Of a stretch of 64,000 nt of DNA, positions 33,745 to 46,265 are shown piece by piece. Position 1 is the first letter of the stretch. Every line of letters starts with the position of its first letter. The translations under genes were made by a program, and so were the position numbers. Origin of the DNA: Squalus acanthias (taxonomy: Eukaryota); contig CM059432.1 of assembly GCA_030390025.1 (NCBI GenBank), positions 123,134,001-123,198,000 of the forward strand. Direction: 5' to 3'. The notes under the pieces were generated by a model. It made no database searches and had not been told where the DNA came from. It saw nothing but the letters and a program-made list of their open reading frames with translations.

Positions 33745-36290
33745 CATTAAAAGGGAAATTAGAGAAGCATGCAGTAAGGGCACAGCAGTCATCATGGGTG
33801 ACTTTAATTTACATATAGATTCGGCTAACCAAATTAGTAAAAATACTGTGGAGGAGGAATTCCTAGAATGTTTACGGGATGGTTTTCTGGAACAATATGT
33901 CGAGGAACCAACCAGAGATCAGGCCATCTTAGACTGGGTATTATGTAACGAGAAAGGATTAATTAGCAATCTTGTTGTACGAGGCCCCTTGGGTCAGAGT
34001 GATCATAATATGATAGAATTCTTCATTAGGATGGAGAGTGAAGTAGTTGAATCAGAGACTAGGGTCCTGAATTTAAATAAAGGAAACTACGATGGTATGA
34101 GGCACGAATTGGGTAGGATTGATTGGGGAATGTCACTCAAAGGGTTGACGGTGGATAGGCAATGGCAAACATTCAAAGACTGCATGGATGAACTACAGAA
34201 TTTGTTCATCCCAGTGTGGCATAAGAATAAAACAAAAAGGGTGACTCAACTGTGGCTAACAAGGGAAATTAGGGATAGCATAAGATCCAAGGAGAGGGCA
34301 TATAAATTGGCCAGAAAAAGCGGTAACCCTGAGGATTGGGAGCAGTTTAGGATTCAACAAAGGAGGACAAAGGGATTAATTAAGAAGGGGAAAATAGAAT
34401 ATGAAAGTAAGCTTTCAGGGAACATAAAAACTGACTGTAAGAGCTTTTATAGATATGTGAAGAGAAAAAGATTAGTGAAATCAAGTGTAGGTCCCTTGCA
34501 GTCAGAAGCGGGGGAAGTTATAATGGGGAACAAATAAATGGCTGACCAATTAAATGCATATTTTGGTTCTGTCTTCAGAAAGGAGGACACAAATAACCTC
34601 CCAGAGATGTTGGAGAACATAGGGACTGATGAAAGGGAGGAACTGAAAGAAATCTGTATTTGCAGGGAAATGGTGTTAGGGAAATTGACGGGATTGAAGG
34701 CTGATAAATCCCCAGGGCCTGATAATCTACATCCTAGGGTACTTAAGGAAGTGGTCCTCGAAATAGTAGATGCATTGCTGATCATCTTCCAACATTCAAT
34801 GGAATCTGGAACTGTACCCATGGATTGGAGGGTAGCTAATGTTACCCCACTATTCAAAAAGGGTGGTAGAGAGAAAGCGGGAAATTACAGACTGGTAAGC
34901 CTGACATCGGTAGTGGGGAAAATGCTAGAGTCCATTATAAAGGATGTAATAGCTGAGCACTTGAAAAACAGTGACAGGATCGGACAAAGTCAACATGGAT
35001 TTACAAAAGGTAAATCGTGCTTGACTAATCTACTGGAATTTTTTGAGGATGTAACTGGGAAAATAGATAAGGGAGAACCAGTAGATGTGGTGTATTTGGA
35101 CTTTCAAAAGGCTATCGATAAGGTCCTGCATAAGAGAGTAGCGTGTAAAGTTAAGGCACATGGGATTGGGGGCAAGGTATTGACTTGGATAGAGAACTGG
35201 TTGGCGGACAGAAAGCAGAGAGTAGGAATTAATGGGTCTTTTTCCGAGTGGCAGGCAGTGACTAGTAGGGTACCGCAGGGATTGGTCCTTGGACCCCAGC
35301 TATTCACAATATACATTAATGATCTAGATAAGGGAACTAAATGTAATATCTCCAAGTTTGCAGACGACACAAAGCTGGGTGGGCGTGTGTGCTCCGAGGA
35401 GGATACCGAGAAACTCCAGGATGATTTGGACGGGTTGGGTGAGTGGGCAGAAGCGTGGCAGATGCAATATAACGTGGATAAATGCGAGGTTATCCACTTT
35501 GGTGTCAAAAACAGAAAGACAGACTATTTTCTGAACGGCAATAGATTGGGAGAAGGGGAAGTGCAATGAGACCTGGGTGTCCTTGTGCACCAGTCGCTGA
35601 AGGTAAGCATGCAGGTGCAGCAGGCAGTGAAGAAGGCAAATGGTATGTTGGCCTTCATAGCGAAAGGGTTTGAGTATAGGAACAGGGATGTCTTGCTGCA
35701 GTTGTACAGGGCCTTGGTGAGACCACACCTTGAGTACTGTGTGCAGTTTTGGTCGCCTTATCTGAGGAAGGATGTTCTTGCCATGGAAGGAGTTCAGGGA
35801 AGATTCACAAGGCTGATACCTGGGATGGCAGGAATGACATATGAGGAGAGATTGGGTCGATTGGGCTTATACTCGCTGGAGTATAGAAGAATGAGAGGGG
35901 ATCTCATCGAAACATATAAAATTCTGACAGGTCTGGACAAACTAGATGCAGGAAGAATGTTCCCGATGGTCGGAGAGTCCAGAACCAGGCGTCATAATCT
36001 AAGGATAAGGGGTAAGCCATTTAGGACAGAAATGAGGAAGAATTTCTTCACCCAGAGAGTGGTGAACCTGTGGAATTCTCTACCACAGAAGGTAGTTGAG
36101 GCTAAGTCATTAAATATATTCAAGAATGAGTTAGATATATTTCTTAAAGCTAAAGGTATCAAGGGATATGGGGAGAAGGCAGGTACAGGGTTACTGAGTT
36201 TGGATGATCAGCCATGATCTCATCGAATGGCGGAGCAGGCTCGAGGGGCCGAATGGCCTGCTCCTGCTCCTATCTTCTATGTTTCTATGT
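33745..36290 (+). mobile_element. CR1 LINE, 5'-truncated; ORF2 in one frame with two nonsense codons
   Basis: ORFs 33794-34537, 34538-35569 and 35585-36217 share one frame (stops at 34535 and 35567). APE and RT motifs present; (ttctatgt)n tail. Confidence 0.95.
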
Positions 36291-36664
36291 AACAGTGCTG
36301 GATGACATATAAAGGTCATCTCAGTCCGGCTGTGAAAAAGGCTACGTGTAAAACAGCTGTAGAAGTGGAATAGGGATGGGAGAAACTGGCAGGATAAAAG
36401 GGGAGACAACTAAAGTCTGTAGTCATTAAGTTAGTGTTCAGTGCAGAGGGCTACGGCGTGCCAAAGAGGAAAATGAGATACTGTTCCAGAAGTTTGTGTT
36501 GAGCTTGGTTAGAACAGAATCTAATGCTAAAGACAGAAACATTCGAGTGGGTTGGGAGGGGCAGTAGAGGTGAGGAGCTACAATGAGGCCAGGTTTATAC
36601 CCATGGACAAAACAGAGATGCAGCAAAGAGTCAAAATTGCTAGGTCTCCCCAGTATAAAGGGCC

Positions 36665-37182
36665 ATGATGCGGAGATGCCGGTGTTGGACTGGGGTGGAC
36701 AAAAGTGAGAAGTCGCACAACACCAGGTTATAGTCCAACAGTTTTATTTGAAATCACAAGCTTTCGGAGCGACTGCTCCTTTGTCAGGTGAAGTGAAGAA
36801 ATATAAAATCGATAATGCATATATAGATAGAGAACAATGCATGTGTAACTTACAATGGCAGACGACTACATTTAATCCTCCTGACTGTTTATCTGCCGAG
36901 GTGTGACAAAAGGCAATCAGGTCAGCCAGGAAGGCACCACATCAAAGACATAGCAAGATACAACTGAGACAATGAGGTGGGGTTACAGGGGGTCTAATGT
37001 GTCAAAAGCTGCAGTCGGTATGTAAAACGATAAACTTTAAAATTTTTACTTTTTTACTGGGAATCACATCTGTGAACAAGCCAACGACGACTCGAGTCTG
37101 GATGACTCTACGTCTACGTCATGTATCGTGACATAAACCCAAGATCCCAGTTGAGGCCGTCCTCATGAGTGCGGAACTTGGC
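36665..37182 (-). mobile_element. Penelope-like element family A, 3' part
   Basis: Reverse complement of about 15870-16340, plus the same terminus atgatgcggagatgc. Repeat TAAAGGGC at 36656-36663 / 37183-37190. Hammerhead at 36754-36792 has a mutated core (CUGACAA). Confidence 0.85.
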
Positions 37183-38110
37183 TAAAGGGCACTGCACTGT
37201 ATGCAGTGAATAGAGTGTACTAGATTGGAGAAAGTACTTGTAAATCTAACTGACATGAATGGAGTGTTTGGGGGCCTGGCCAATGGTATGGGAATAAGCA
37301 GGTTGATTGGGAAACTGCTCGTGGAAGAACAGCCAGAAGTGCGGGTGATGAAAGAAAATAATAGAGTAAGAAACAGCTAGACGTGTTTCTGGAGAAAAGG
37401 ATATGGTGAGAAGGTGGGTGGGGCTGAGATAAATGGAAAAGGGGGCGGGGTTGCTGGTATTTTCCTATTCCTAAAATCTACATTTCTATAGAGATTTTTA
37501 AATTGCCGTCCAAGTTTCGTAAGGGAGCACGTAAATAACAGTAGAAAACTTCTACAAAATCATCATTCCATTATGAAGCTCTGTAATTTACAGCATCCGA
37601 CAAGAGTAGGACATAGCTTGCGGTCAGCACACTATAAACCAAATATACTGGTGCATGTGACAACTAACCAGTTATTAACTGCTAACTACAGCACTGCTCG
37701 CTTAAAGCAAAAAACATACTTTACATTTCAATCATCTTATTTTGATTCTATATACTAGCAATCTCTAATGGCACAAACTGCTGTGCGGACATTTTCCTGC
37801 TTTTGATTATTGTTGCTGAAACATCAGTTAAGATCCTATCCTGCTTAAGTTAAATAGGCAATTATAAATTGATGACAAGGACTCCACCAATACAACTGTG
37901 GACGGGGCAAAAAGTTGCTATGTTTTGTCCAGTCCTTAACCAACACCTGAAAACTGTGCACCTCTTTGGGCAGACTACTACATGGATTAATATGCTGGAC
38001 CTCACTCAAGCAGAATAGTGGTGCCTGCTGTCGGAATTGCCGAGAATTTCCTCGGGGGTTGTTCTGATTGTGCACCATCACTTCAGAGCCAGCTAATAGA
38101 ACCCCAGAGG

Positions 38111-39440
38111 GAATCATAGAATGATTACAGCACGGAAGGAGGCCATTCGGCCCACTGAGCCTGTGCCGGCTATCTGCAAGATCACTTCAGCTAGTCCCAC
38201 TCCCCCGCCCTTTCCCAGTAGCCCTGCCAATCTTTTTCCTTCAGGTACTTATCCAATTCCCTTTTGAAAGCCACGATTGAGTCTGCCTCCACCACCCTTT
38301 CAGGGAGTGCATTCCAGATCCTAACCACTCACTGCGTAAAAAAAGTTTTACCTCATGTCGCCTTTGGTTCTTTTGCCAATCACCTTAAATCTGTGTCCTC
38401 TGGTTCTTGACCCATCTGCCAATGGGAACAGTTTCTCTCTACTCTGTCTAGACCCCTCATGATTTTGAACACCTCTATCAAATCTCCTTTCAATCTTCTC
38501 TGCACTAAGGAGAACAACCCCAGTTTCTTTAGTCTATCCACGTAACTGAAGTCCCTCATCCCTGGAACCATTCTTGTAAATCTTTTCTGCACCCTCTCTA
38601 GGGCCTTCACATCCTTCTAAAGTGCGGTGCCCAGAATTGGACACAATACTCCAATTGAGGCCAAACCAGTGTTTTATAAAGGTTCATTATAACTTCCTTG
38701 CTTTTATACTCTGTGCCTCTATTTATGAAGCCCAGGATCCCGTAAGCTTTTTTAACTGCTTTCTCAACCTGCCCTGCCACCTTCAACGACTTGTGCACAT
38801 ATACCCGCAGGTCTCTCTGTTCCTGCACCCCCTTTAGGATTGTACCCTTTAGTTTATATTTCCTCTCCTCCTTCTTCCGACCAAAATGTATCACTTCGTA
38901 CTTTTCTGCGTTAAATTTCAACTGTCACGTATCCGCCCATTCCACCAGCCTGTCTATGCCCTCTTGAAGTCTATCACTATCCTCCTTACTGTTCACTATA
39001 CTTCCAAGTTTTGTGTCATCTGCAAATTTTGAAATTGTGCTCTGTATACCCAAGTCCAAGTCATTAATATATATCAAGAAAAGCAGTGGTCCTAGTACCG
39101 ACCCCTGGGAACACCACTGTATACCTTCCTCCAGTCCGAAAAACAACCGTTCACCACTACTCTGTTTCCTGTCACTTAGACAATTTTGTATCCATGCTGC
39201 CACTGTCCCTTTTATTTCATGGGCTTCAACATTGCTGGCAAGCCTATTATGTGGCACTTTATCAAACACCTTTTGGAAGTCCATGTACACCACGTCAACC
39301 ACATTGCCGTCATCAACCCTCTCTGTTACCTCATCAAAAAACTCGTTCAAGTTAGTTAAACACGATTTGCTTTTAATAAACCTGTGCTGGCTTTCCTTAA
39401 TTTAACCACACTTGTCCAAGTGACTGTTAATTTTGTCTTG
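38111..39440 (-). mobile_element. CR1 LINE 3' fragment (RT)
   Basis: DVVYMDFQKVFDKVPH, QGSVLGPLLFLIYINDL and KFADDTK, with frameshifts. Confidence 0.9.
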
Positions 39441-39839
39441 GACAGTGCTTCTTTGGTCATCTGAACCTACTAGCAACTTTACTACCAGGATTTCAACTGT
39501 GACTCACATGTCGCATCAGGAAATTCTGGGCCATAAGGGTTCTGTTTGAAGCAGTGAATTGACAAGGCTGGCTGAGAATGGCACAGGCTGTTCTGTCCCT
39601 CCTGGCAGAGCACTGACAGGAGTGAGGGATGTTACTAACTGGATATAGGCTGGAGTGTTAACCACAAAGAAGGAGAAGATGAATCATGTAGTACCACCAC
39701 TGAAACCAAACTGGAAATGAGAATGATTTCAGTCTATATTGTGAGTCATATTCAAAATATGAACAGGAACCTCTTGTTCAACACAAGATAATGCTTCTTT
39801 GGTCATCTGATCCTACTAGCAACTTTACCAGTAGGAATC

Positions 39840-41390
39840 AATGCCTCAGTCTCCTTCTCCTCCTCACCCCCTGACCCTCACTCAAGTCCTGACCGCAGAT
39901 CACTCCACAGTTTCTCCCCCCACCTCATCTCCTCTCCTTCATCAGGCTCATCTTCCTTTTCTACACCCTTGAACCTCTCCTAACCCAATTCCTGACCACA
40001 CATCTATCTTTTCTGGACCCAAGGCTTGCTGACATTGTTAGCTACTCCCCTTCCTCAGACACTGTTGCTCAGCCCTTCAAAATTGCCATCATCATCATCA
40101 CTCCCCTCCTCAAAAATCTCAGTCTCAATCTTTCTGTCCTCTCCCACTACCACCGTACCTCAAACCTCCCTACCATCTTAAAAGTACTAGAATGTGTTGA
40201 AACCATGCATTTGCAAAACCCTCTCTTCCAGTTCCATTATTTCCTATTTATATCTATTTAGTCTGGTTTCTGTCACGTTGGCAAGACTGACATTGCCTAG
40301 TCAAAGTCACTGATGACACTCTCTATGACTGCAACTCTTATGCATTATCTCTACTTGACCTCCTCAATCTCTCCACAGTGTTCAACATGGCCAATCACTT
40401 CACAGTCCTCCATCATTTACCTCCGTGACAATGCTCTTGCTTGGTTCCAATCCTATTTCTTCCAAAATAGCCAGCACATATCCTGCAATGGCTTCTTCTC
40501 CCACCTGTGTACAGTCACCTCACGATTGCCCAAGTTTCCATCCATGGAGCCCTCCTAGTCTTTGTCTATACATTGCCCCTCAGCCCCCTCATCTCCAACA
40601 CCCTTAACTCCGTGACTATCAACGTGCTGTTTGAGTGCTTGTCTGACATCAAGTTATGGATAAGCCAGAACATTCTCCAAATTAATATCGACAAGACCAA
40701 AGCCATTCTGATTGGCTCCCCACCAAAAACAATGCACCTTAACCTCTGATTCCATCCTCTTTATCAGGATCTGATCTTGATGGTGCACAGTCTCAGTGTT
40801 CGGTTTGATTTTTGAGCAGAGCTTCAGCTGCATCTCCAAAACTGTCTTTTTTCCACCTTTGCAACAGTGCCCGCCTTTGCCCTCACTTCACCATTGCTGA
40901 AGCTCTCATCCACACTTTTGTCACCTCCATTCTTGACTTCTCCAACGTTCTCCACATCTGTCTCCCAATGTCTACGTAACTTGTCAGAAACCCTGCTGCC
41001 TACATGCTTCTCTGCACGAAGTATCACCTCTGTCCTTGACAACCTCCATTTGCTCCCCATCCCCTAATTTGTATTCAATATCCAAGTTCTTGTTTACAAA
41101 TCCCTCCACGGCCTCCTTATCCTTAACTCTGCAACCTCCCCCAGCCCTACATACCAGCATGTGGCCTCCACTCTTCAGACTCTAGCCCCCTTTGCATCTC
41201 TATGTCCCTCTGTTCCACCCTTGCTGACAGAGCCTTCAGCTTCTCAGCCCTGCTACCTCTCTTCCCACCTTCAAAAGCATTTTCAATCCCTACCTTTTAG
41301 CTATGCCTTTGGTCACCTCCCCTAATTTCCCTACTACTACTCAGCTTCTCTTTTTGCCTCTATGAAGTGTCTTGGGACACTTACTATCTT
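39840..41390 (+). mobile_element. Degenerate L2 LINE (RT region to 3' end)
   Basis: Remnants ALAWFQSY, CLSDIKLWISQNILQINIDKTKAILIG and ITSVLDNLHLLPI; L2 tail resumes after 42228. Confidence 0.75.
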
Positions 41391-41393
41391 ATA

Positions 41394-42228
41394 GGGCTGA
41401 ATTTTGCCAGCCGAGATGAGTTGGGGGCGGGACTGCAGCCTTCCGGATTCTAGTCCCGCCCCCAGCGACGTCTGACGAACCCACGCTATTTTCCCTTGAT
41501 TGGCATCGTTTAGCCCGCCCCCCTGCAGGCTTACCGACCAATTAAGGGGAAGCCAGTAACAGATGATGTCAGCATATGATGCTTCATCTGTCTCAAATTT
41601 TTGGACAGATGATTTGTTAGCGTTTACCAGCTTTGAGAAGCTGTCAAACACTGACAATCTCTGTTCTAAGGTGAGCCCTTGCACAAAGGCTCACCAAGAT
41701 ACCTCTTCTCAGCATAAAGCAGATGGCTGCTGCATCTGAGAATGCAGCAGCCACTCTGTCATCTCTGCTGTTGAGATGAGGCACCTCCGGATCCTCAACA
41801 GTTGAAGCCTGCAGAAAGAAGCAAAGGTAAGGACACTTTGTCAAGCACTTTATACTCACCTCTCATACTTACCTGTCCACACTTGCACCCATCACTCACC
41901 TCTACAGCTGACAATAGCGACCCCTCTCACCCCCGCAGACCCACTGCTCACTTCGCTGACCCTGGCGAGGTTCGCAGTCGTCGGGAAACCTGCAATTGCA
42001 GGCATAAAATGGGGAAAAGCCTCAACTGCCTGTTAACTACCTGTTAACAGCCAGTTAATTGGCTCTAATCCCCTTCCCACCTCGAGGAGACGGGTCCCTG
42101 CGCGACTCGGGGACGCGCCTCCCGGGAAGATGGCACGGAGGTGGGTTGGGAGCGGGGTTGGTACCCGCTCCCAGTTTCTGCCATTTTCCTGGCAGTCCTG
42201 CCTCCTCAGGACTGGGAAAATTCCCCCC
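41394..42228. mobile_element. Harbinger-like MITE inserted in the L2 tail
   Basis: Imperfect TIR GGGCTGAATTTTGCCAG / CTGGGAAAATTCCCCCC and 3-bp TSD ATA. Confidence 0.7.
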
Positions 42229-42285
42229 ATAGGTGCCAGTTGTTATTATTATTAAAGCTACATAATATTTAGCCATAATCACCCA

Positions 42286-42536
42286 GGGCTGGATTTTGAT
42301 ACTGGGGCGGGTTGGGGTCGTGTCATCCGCATTTCGTGTTATCCACCCGACTGCAATTGGATGTGAGAGATTGGTGCAATTTTCACCTAATTGGGCAATT
42401 GAGTTCCAGCATGTGGGAACCCATGAACCAATTAGTGGTTTCAGTCTGAAAGTCGCCTCTGATGATGTCATCATTGATGCTGCATTGAAGGTCTGGCCTT
42501 TGCTGTGAGAGGACCTGGATGGAAAATGAGCAGCAG

Positions 42537-42576
<40 letters not shown>

Positions 42577-43035
42577 AGCAGCTCAGAGAGAGAGAGAGAG
42601 CAGCAGCTCAGAGAGAGAGAGAGAGCAGCAGCTCAGAGAGAGAGAGAGAGAGAGAGAGAATGAATTTTTTTTGCTCCACCACTCCCAGATGCCAGCCAGC
42701 CACTCACTGATACTCAGCACAGCCACTGATATTCAACTATCCACATGTGCTCCCGCCAGGTTTCACAATCGTGTTTCAGAACAGGCGTGCTTCACGCAGA
42801 ACAAGGGTTAAAATCACAAAGGCCTTTCAAAATGGCATTATAGAGCCAATTTAGTGCTGGTTAAGGGCCTTAACAGCCTATCCCGTCTCTTAAAGGTGAG
42901 ACGCAGACGGGACCAGCAGACACGATTTCATCAAAATTGCGTGGAGGCGGACTTGTGCCCGCCCGCCACTTGTCGCAATTTTAACCCCCCACACGCCTCC
43001 AAACCCGCCTCCACGGGTCAATGAAAATCCAGCCC
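42286..43035. mobile_element. Harbinger-like MITE, copy 2 of the 24267-24927 family
   Basis: TIR GGGCTGGATTTT / AAAATCCAGCCC, 3-bp TSD CCA, colinear with copy 1. Confidence 0.8.
42528..42660. repeat. Compound microsatellite [GCAGCAGCTC(AG)n] x4 inside the MITE
   Basis: Directly visible; absent at the equivalent position of copy 1. Confidence 0.9.
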
Positions 43036-45003
43036 CCAGTGTTTCCACAGTTTGGCTCATTTACAGGTAACAACCTATGTACAAACTGCATCATCTACAA
43101 TAGTTATATTGTGATTCTAGTTGGTTTGGACATGTCTCTATTGATAAGTGGGAACAGTGTATGAATCATGGCATTTTTTGGCTCTAATATATAGAAATGA
43201 GGTTTTCTCTCCTAGTTCCAACTCTGAAGATAGCTTGAGTATAGTCTTCCTGGCTCTACATTGTCACTATTTTGGTATTTATTGTGAGTCATTTTGAAAT
43301 TAGCTATTACAACCATATCAATGACAGCTAACACAGAGAGTGGGATTTAAGTCACTTGGAAATCTTCAAATGTTATTTTGGTTGCTGTTTTTTAATGTGA
43401 TCTAGAGAAGTTTTGAACTTGGTGACAACTTAAGTTAACTAGCTAAAAACAAACATAAAGGATTGAATTTGTAGGATAAAGCTATCTGATGTCAACTAAA
43501 TCATTTGCAAGATTTCTGCATTCTCTTGTTCAAGATCCATAATCCCTTTAAGCATTATGCCAACTTTCTGCAGGACAGTAGATGGATCTGAAGTCATATC
43601 ATGCTTCATTGTTTCTAACCCCACAACTGAATCAAGTTACTTCAGTGCCTCATAGATAGAAATAACAGCTCTGTACTTGGAAATATTCACATTATTTTAA
43701 CAGTTCTCTGGTCATATAATGTGTGTGCGTATTTGTGTGGTCTCCACTCAACATCTCCCTCAGCAGCATGGCTGAGATTTAGACCTCACCTTAAAGAAAC
43801 TGCTATCTACTCCCTCCATTGTATATTATTAATAGTTTCTTGCGTTGTCTGCACTTCACCTCATGGTCAGCAGATATCAGACTGGAAAAATAATGCAAAT
43901 ATCTGGTTCGGCCTTGATGGAGCCTCAGTGACAGGTGTCACAAAGTGGAAAGACTTTCCACTTCCACTCCCCCACACTCCGTTAGGTTCCCAATTTTACT
44001 GGGGAGGAGAGACATCTACCGCAGTGCAGGGAAAGCCGGAAGGCAAATCATTTCTCGGCCAATGTTGATTGCCTCTGAATGGCTGGCTGAAGAGTGACAT
44101 TGATGCACATCACCTGCCCACCACCTTGGAGGCAGGAAGTGCACCGTACCCCAGCCAGGCTTGTACAAGAAAACAAAATTGATGGGGCACTTCTGCACTC
44201 CCAATGCAGAGCGTACGTTCGAGATAGGACTATGTACTACGACCGCACCCCCCCACCCCCGATTCTCCGATCCATGATCCCTGCAAGTGTGGCTCCCCAG
44301 TGAGAATGCAGGATCTCGGAATTACCCCATCAATGATTTTTTCCCCCAAAACTGTCTGAAGCTACTCAAATCAGTGTGCACTGACTTTTTAAATCATTTT
44401 AGAAAATGTTTTAAATAAAAGCTCCAGCTGACTCATGTTGCGGTCAGGGCCGGAATACAGCAAGTGAGCCAAGTCCATCTTTATATGGGAAAACAGAACT
44501 AAAACGTTGCAATGGAAGGAATGGAGATGACTTTAAGAGAGTGTTATGCATCTATTGTTCTGAAGGGCAAAGCTTGGGAAAGCCTTGATATTTGCTCATA
44601 TGCATTCTTAGGCTATTTGCATGTTAATTATGCACCCGAAATATTGGCAAATCAGCACAGTATAGCACAGCCCTATGCAAAGTAAAGTTCAGTGAGACTG
44701 ACCCCTGCCTACCCCTCTGTGATATGACCTATTGGTACATCAATGTGCCCTGCCGCAAGACCATTGGTGTGATACCTTCTGAACTATGAGGATTCGATTG
44801 TCGCTGTTGGAGGTGGAAGACCAAAGCCAGTGAGCAGTTACTTTTAAACGCTAAAAAGCCCAAAATGGTTGACAGCTCAAAACATTAACAAGGCAAAAAT
44901 ATATTTGCAGTGAATATTATCGCATGGCACTTGTCACGTAATACCCTCCAACATTTCCTTCTTAGTTAACATGTTATGTGCTAATATTTTTTTTCTTGTT
45001 CAG

Positions 45004-45097
45004 TTCCAGATTTAACAATGTTTCTGATTATTGGTGCGGTTGCTTTTGGAGCCCTTGTATTGGCAGTCAGCGTTGTTACCATAATATGTGTGAGGAG
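45004..45097 (+). CDS. CD226: CD226-like gene, transmembrane exon (94 nt, phase 1-2)
   Basis: Polypyrimidine tract with cttgttcag| acceptor and GGAG|gtacgt donor. Encodes (V)PDLTMFLIIGAVAFGALVLAVSVVTIICVR(R). Confidence 0.88.
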
Positions 45098-45190
45098 GTA
45101 CGTATTCTGTGATTTATGTAAATTGTGCATAGTAAACAGATTAGTGAAATGATTAATCTGGGTCATAATGTGCATCATTCTTTTCCTCAG

Positions 45191-45251
45191 GAGAAAGAAA
45201 CAGAAAAGGAACACAAAACAGTTAAAAAAGGCTACCACTGAAAGAAATCAT
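45191..45251 (+). CDS. CD226: CD226-like gene, basic juxtamembrane cytoplasmic exon (61 nt, phase 2-0)
   Basis: Follows a 93-nt intron. Acceptor ttttcctcag| and donor CAT|gtaaga. Encodes RKKQKRNTKQLKKATTERNH, a polybasic stop-transfer stretch. Confidence 0.85.
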
Positions 45252-45682
45252 GTAAGACAATCTTTGTTACAGTTAATATGTTTATTAAGTGAATTGGCTG
45301 TTAATGCAGATCTAATGATGGGCCACATCAATTTAGAATTATCGTGTAATCTGCCAATCCAACCTTTTATGCCACTCCCATCCATGGAAATTGGAAAGCA
45401 AAAATGGATTAAAATATTGTCCTTTCACTTTTTTAAGACCTGGGTTGAAATCCAATATAGGCTGATGGCATTATTGCTTCTTCTCCATACTGTTTGTAAG
45501 GATCTTCAATGAAATTAATGAGTCTCAGTCTAGTCCCCAATGCGAAACCAAATATTTGTTTTAATTACAGAAGTGATGATTAAGAAGGGACATGATCCAA
45601 GTTTTTAAATGCTGAGAAGCACAGAAAACTTGGGCTGCGAGTGCAAAACTAGGGACACAAGCACAGAATTAAAGATTACGAG

Positions 45683-46265
45683 CCAAAAATTCCACAGGGG
45701 TTCTGCTGATCTCTCACCCTAACTCTAGTGAAATCCCCAGGAAAATGGCAGAGACCTGGATGTGCCGATCTCTGCCATTTCCAGGATTTTCCTCTTCACA
45801 TTGTAAAGGGCTGAACTTCTGTCCGTCCCTTACAAGGCAAATGATGGTCGGGGTTGGAGCTGGGGCAAGGGATACCCTAAACCAAGAGTTCCCACTCTGG
45901 GACGAACGGGACCTGGTGTGGCAGTGTTGCCTGGTATTCTGAGTGAGTGGAGGTGTACCAACCTCCACAAGGGTGTATGTGAACACCACTGGCAGATCCA
46001 GGTAATGGGGTTAATAGGACCACGGATGGGGTCAGGGGAGGGGGGAGCCTGAGCAAAACCCCCCACAACGGGCAGGTGAGCCCTTAAGCTTTTGGCAGGC
46101 ATAGGCAAGTGGGCACCAGAGATGCTTTTGAATTGGCGCTTGCACCAGCCTGGCCCATGCTAATGAGATGCCCTCCCACTGACCCCGCTAACTCTGGTGG
46201 GGTCAGCACTGGAGGACAATGTTGGGCATGATCCCGGCATAACCAGGCGCCTGGAATTTTTTACC
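45683..46265. repeat. GC-rich MITE-like repeat
   Basis: Ends aaaaattcca..tggaattttt. The left end resembles 38035-38070 and 7900-7970. Confidence 0.4.

Larger units (their letters stand above)
33476..37440 (-). mobile_element. Old Penelope-like element (family B), fragmented by a CR1 and a family A Penelope
   Basis: Terminal repeat at 33476-33570 resembles 49612-49713. GIY-YIG remnants AQHKLLEQYLIFLFGT..PSALN (36432-36505) and SNLVHSIHCIQCSAL|YTGET span the family A insertion. Confidence 0.65.

Noticed and set aside
42519..42710. RE/Q-rich ORF
   Set aside because: Translation of an (AG)n microsatellite.
27883..45003. Third Ig exon (CD96- or nectin-like architecture)
   Set aside because: No Ig-like ORF in the track; the ORFs here are TE-derived, antisense to TEs or unrecognisable.
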